Below are positions 63,285 to 64,000 of a stretch of DNA of 64,000 bases, in pieces. The position numbers were made by a program, and so were the translations under genes. Source of the DNA: Thermoplasmata archaeon (GTDB lineage Archaea; Thermoplasmatota; Thermoplasmata; Lutacidiplasmatales; UBA184); contig JAGWLG010000006.1 of the NCBI GenBank assembly GCA_028864975.1, positions 1 to 64,000 of the forward strand, written 5' to 3'. Each line of letters opens with the position of its first letter. The stretch's first letter is position 1. The notes under the pieces are model-generated. The model was not told where the DNA came from and did not search any database. It saw nothing but the letters and a program-made list of their open reading frames with translations.

Positions 63285-64000
63285 GTGTTCCTAGAGCATC
63301 TGCCCCTCGAGCTCCGAGAATTCCTCTCCATGCCCTCGACTCGGACCTTGCTTGTCCACGGAGGTCCTGGCAGTGGCCGGACCAGCCTCGGTCTGGCCCT
63401 GGCGGTGGCCTCTCCAGGTCGGAAGGTATTCTTCTCCGGACGCAACCCCGCCCAGGAGGTCCGTCGACAGTTCGGATGGCTGGCGGGGCCGGCGGGCCGG
63501 GACGTGGAGTTCCTGGACGAGAGCGAAGCCTTGCTGTCGCGGCCCCAGCATCTGCGCCTGGGTCCCACCCTTCCACGACCCGCCGGTCCGGGACGCCGCC
63601 CTTCCACGCCTCCCCCCCTACCCACGAAGGTCCAGGAGGCGCTGCCCCAGGGGCTTCGTGAGCTCCTCCTTCGCACGAACGAGGCCACGCCCACCATCGT
63701 GGTGCTGGACAGTCTGGAGGCTCTGCTCGAACACGTGCAGCGAGGCTTGAGCCGGGGCCTAAGCCGACCGTTGGGACGGGAGGACATCGCGGCGATGCTC
63801 CTGCAGGGGCTCTCGCGAACCCCGGCGCACTTCGTGCTGCTCTCCGAATCCACGGCGCCCGACCAGACCGACTACCTCGTGGACGGGCTGGTCACGCTGG
63901 ACGAGCGATCGGTCGAGGGCCTGCCGTTGCGACTGCTCACCGTCCAGAAGATGCGGGGCGCCCAGCGCAGCCACTTCCGGTACCCTTTCACGCTCGACGG
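63285..64000 (+). CDS. Second GvpD/KaiC-like P-loop protein (partial, absent from the ORF track)
   Basis: Manual translation: MFLEHLPLELREFLSMPSTRTLLVHGGPGSGRTSLG...IVVLDSLEALL...DYLVDGLVTL...VQKMRG...YPFTLDG; SD GGAGG at 63272-63276. Confidence 0.8.
   Translation, partial: MFLEHLPLELREFLSMPSTRTLLVHGGPGSGRTSLGLALAVASPGRKVFFSGRNPAQEVRRQFGWLAGPAGRDVEFLDESEALLSRPQHLRLGPTLPRPAGPGRRPSTPPPLPTKVQEALPQGLRELLLRTNEATPTIVVLDSLEALLEHVQRGLSRGLSRPLGREDIAAMLLQGLSRTPAHFVLLSESTAPDQTDYLVDGLVTLDERSVEGLPLRLLTVQKMRGAQRSHFRYPFTLD

Noticed and set aside
62995-63294. 99-aa ORF with TTG start
   Set aside because: No SD, no motif, atypical composition, and it overlaps the start of the downstream ATPase gene
1-64000. 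CRISPR arrays, rRNA, IS elements
   Set aside because: No regularly spaced direct repeats, rRNA-like stretches, transposase motifs or terminal inverted repeats noticed by eye

Overview
High-GC (roughly two-thirds by eye), gene-dense archaeal chromosome segment. The archaeal assignment rests on TBP, Orc1/Cdc6, class-I CCA enzyme, TrmY, NOG1 and a beta-CASP nuclease. DUF929-, DUF835-, DUF6015- and GvpD/KaiC-like paralogs plus a probable GDGT ring synthase point to Thermoplasmata (inference). About 58 coding genes are supportable, mostly housekeeping; no CRISPR array, rRNA, transposase or integrase was seen. Main highlights: (1) an apparent three-gene operon at 34212-39775 encoding a vWA/MIDAS protein, a stand-alone TRAFAC-like GTPase and a large unknown-domain/coiled-coil protein, reminiscent of GTPase-centred conflict systems; (2) a tRNA-Asp(GUC) gene at 61570-61674 (-) with a 32-nt intron in the T-loop (position 59/60) and BHB geometry, which an ORF track cannot show; (3) a cdrS-like tandem RHH gene followed by an FtsZ whose catalytic T7 Asp is replaced by His; (4) several KaiC/GvpD-like ATPases with degenerate partners, one missed by the ORF track; (5) a VKOR plus CPYC-protein pair; (6) a PPi-type PFK, MscL, and a Grs-like plus UbiD lipid pair; (7) a 261-nt antisense gene overlap. 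All family calls come from motif recognition by eye; no database searches were run.
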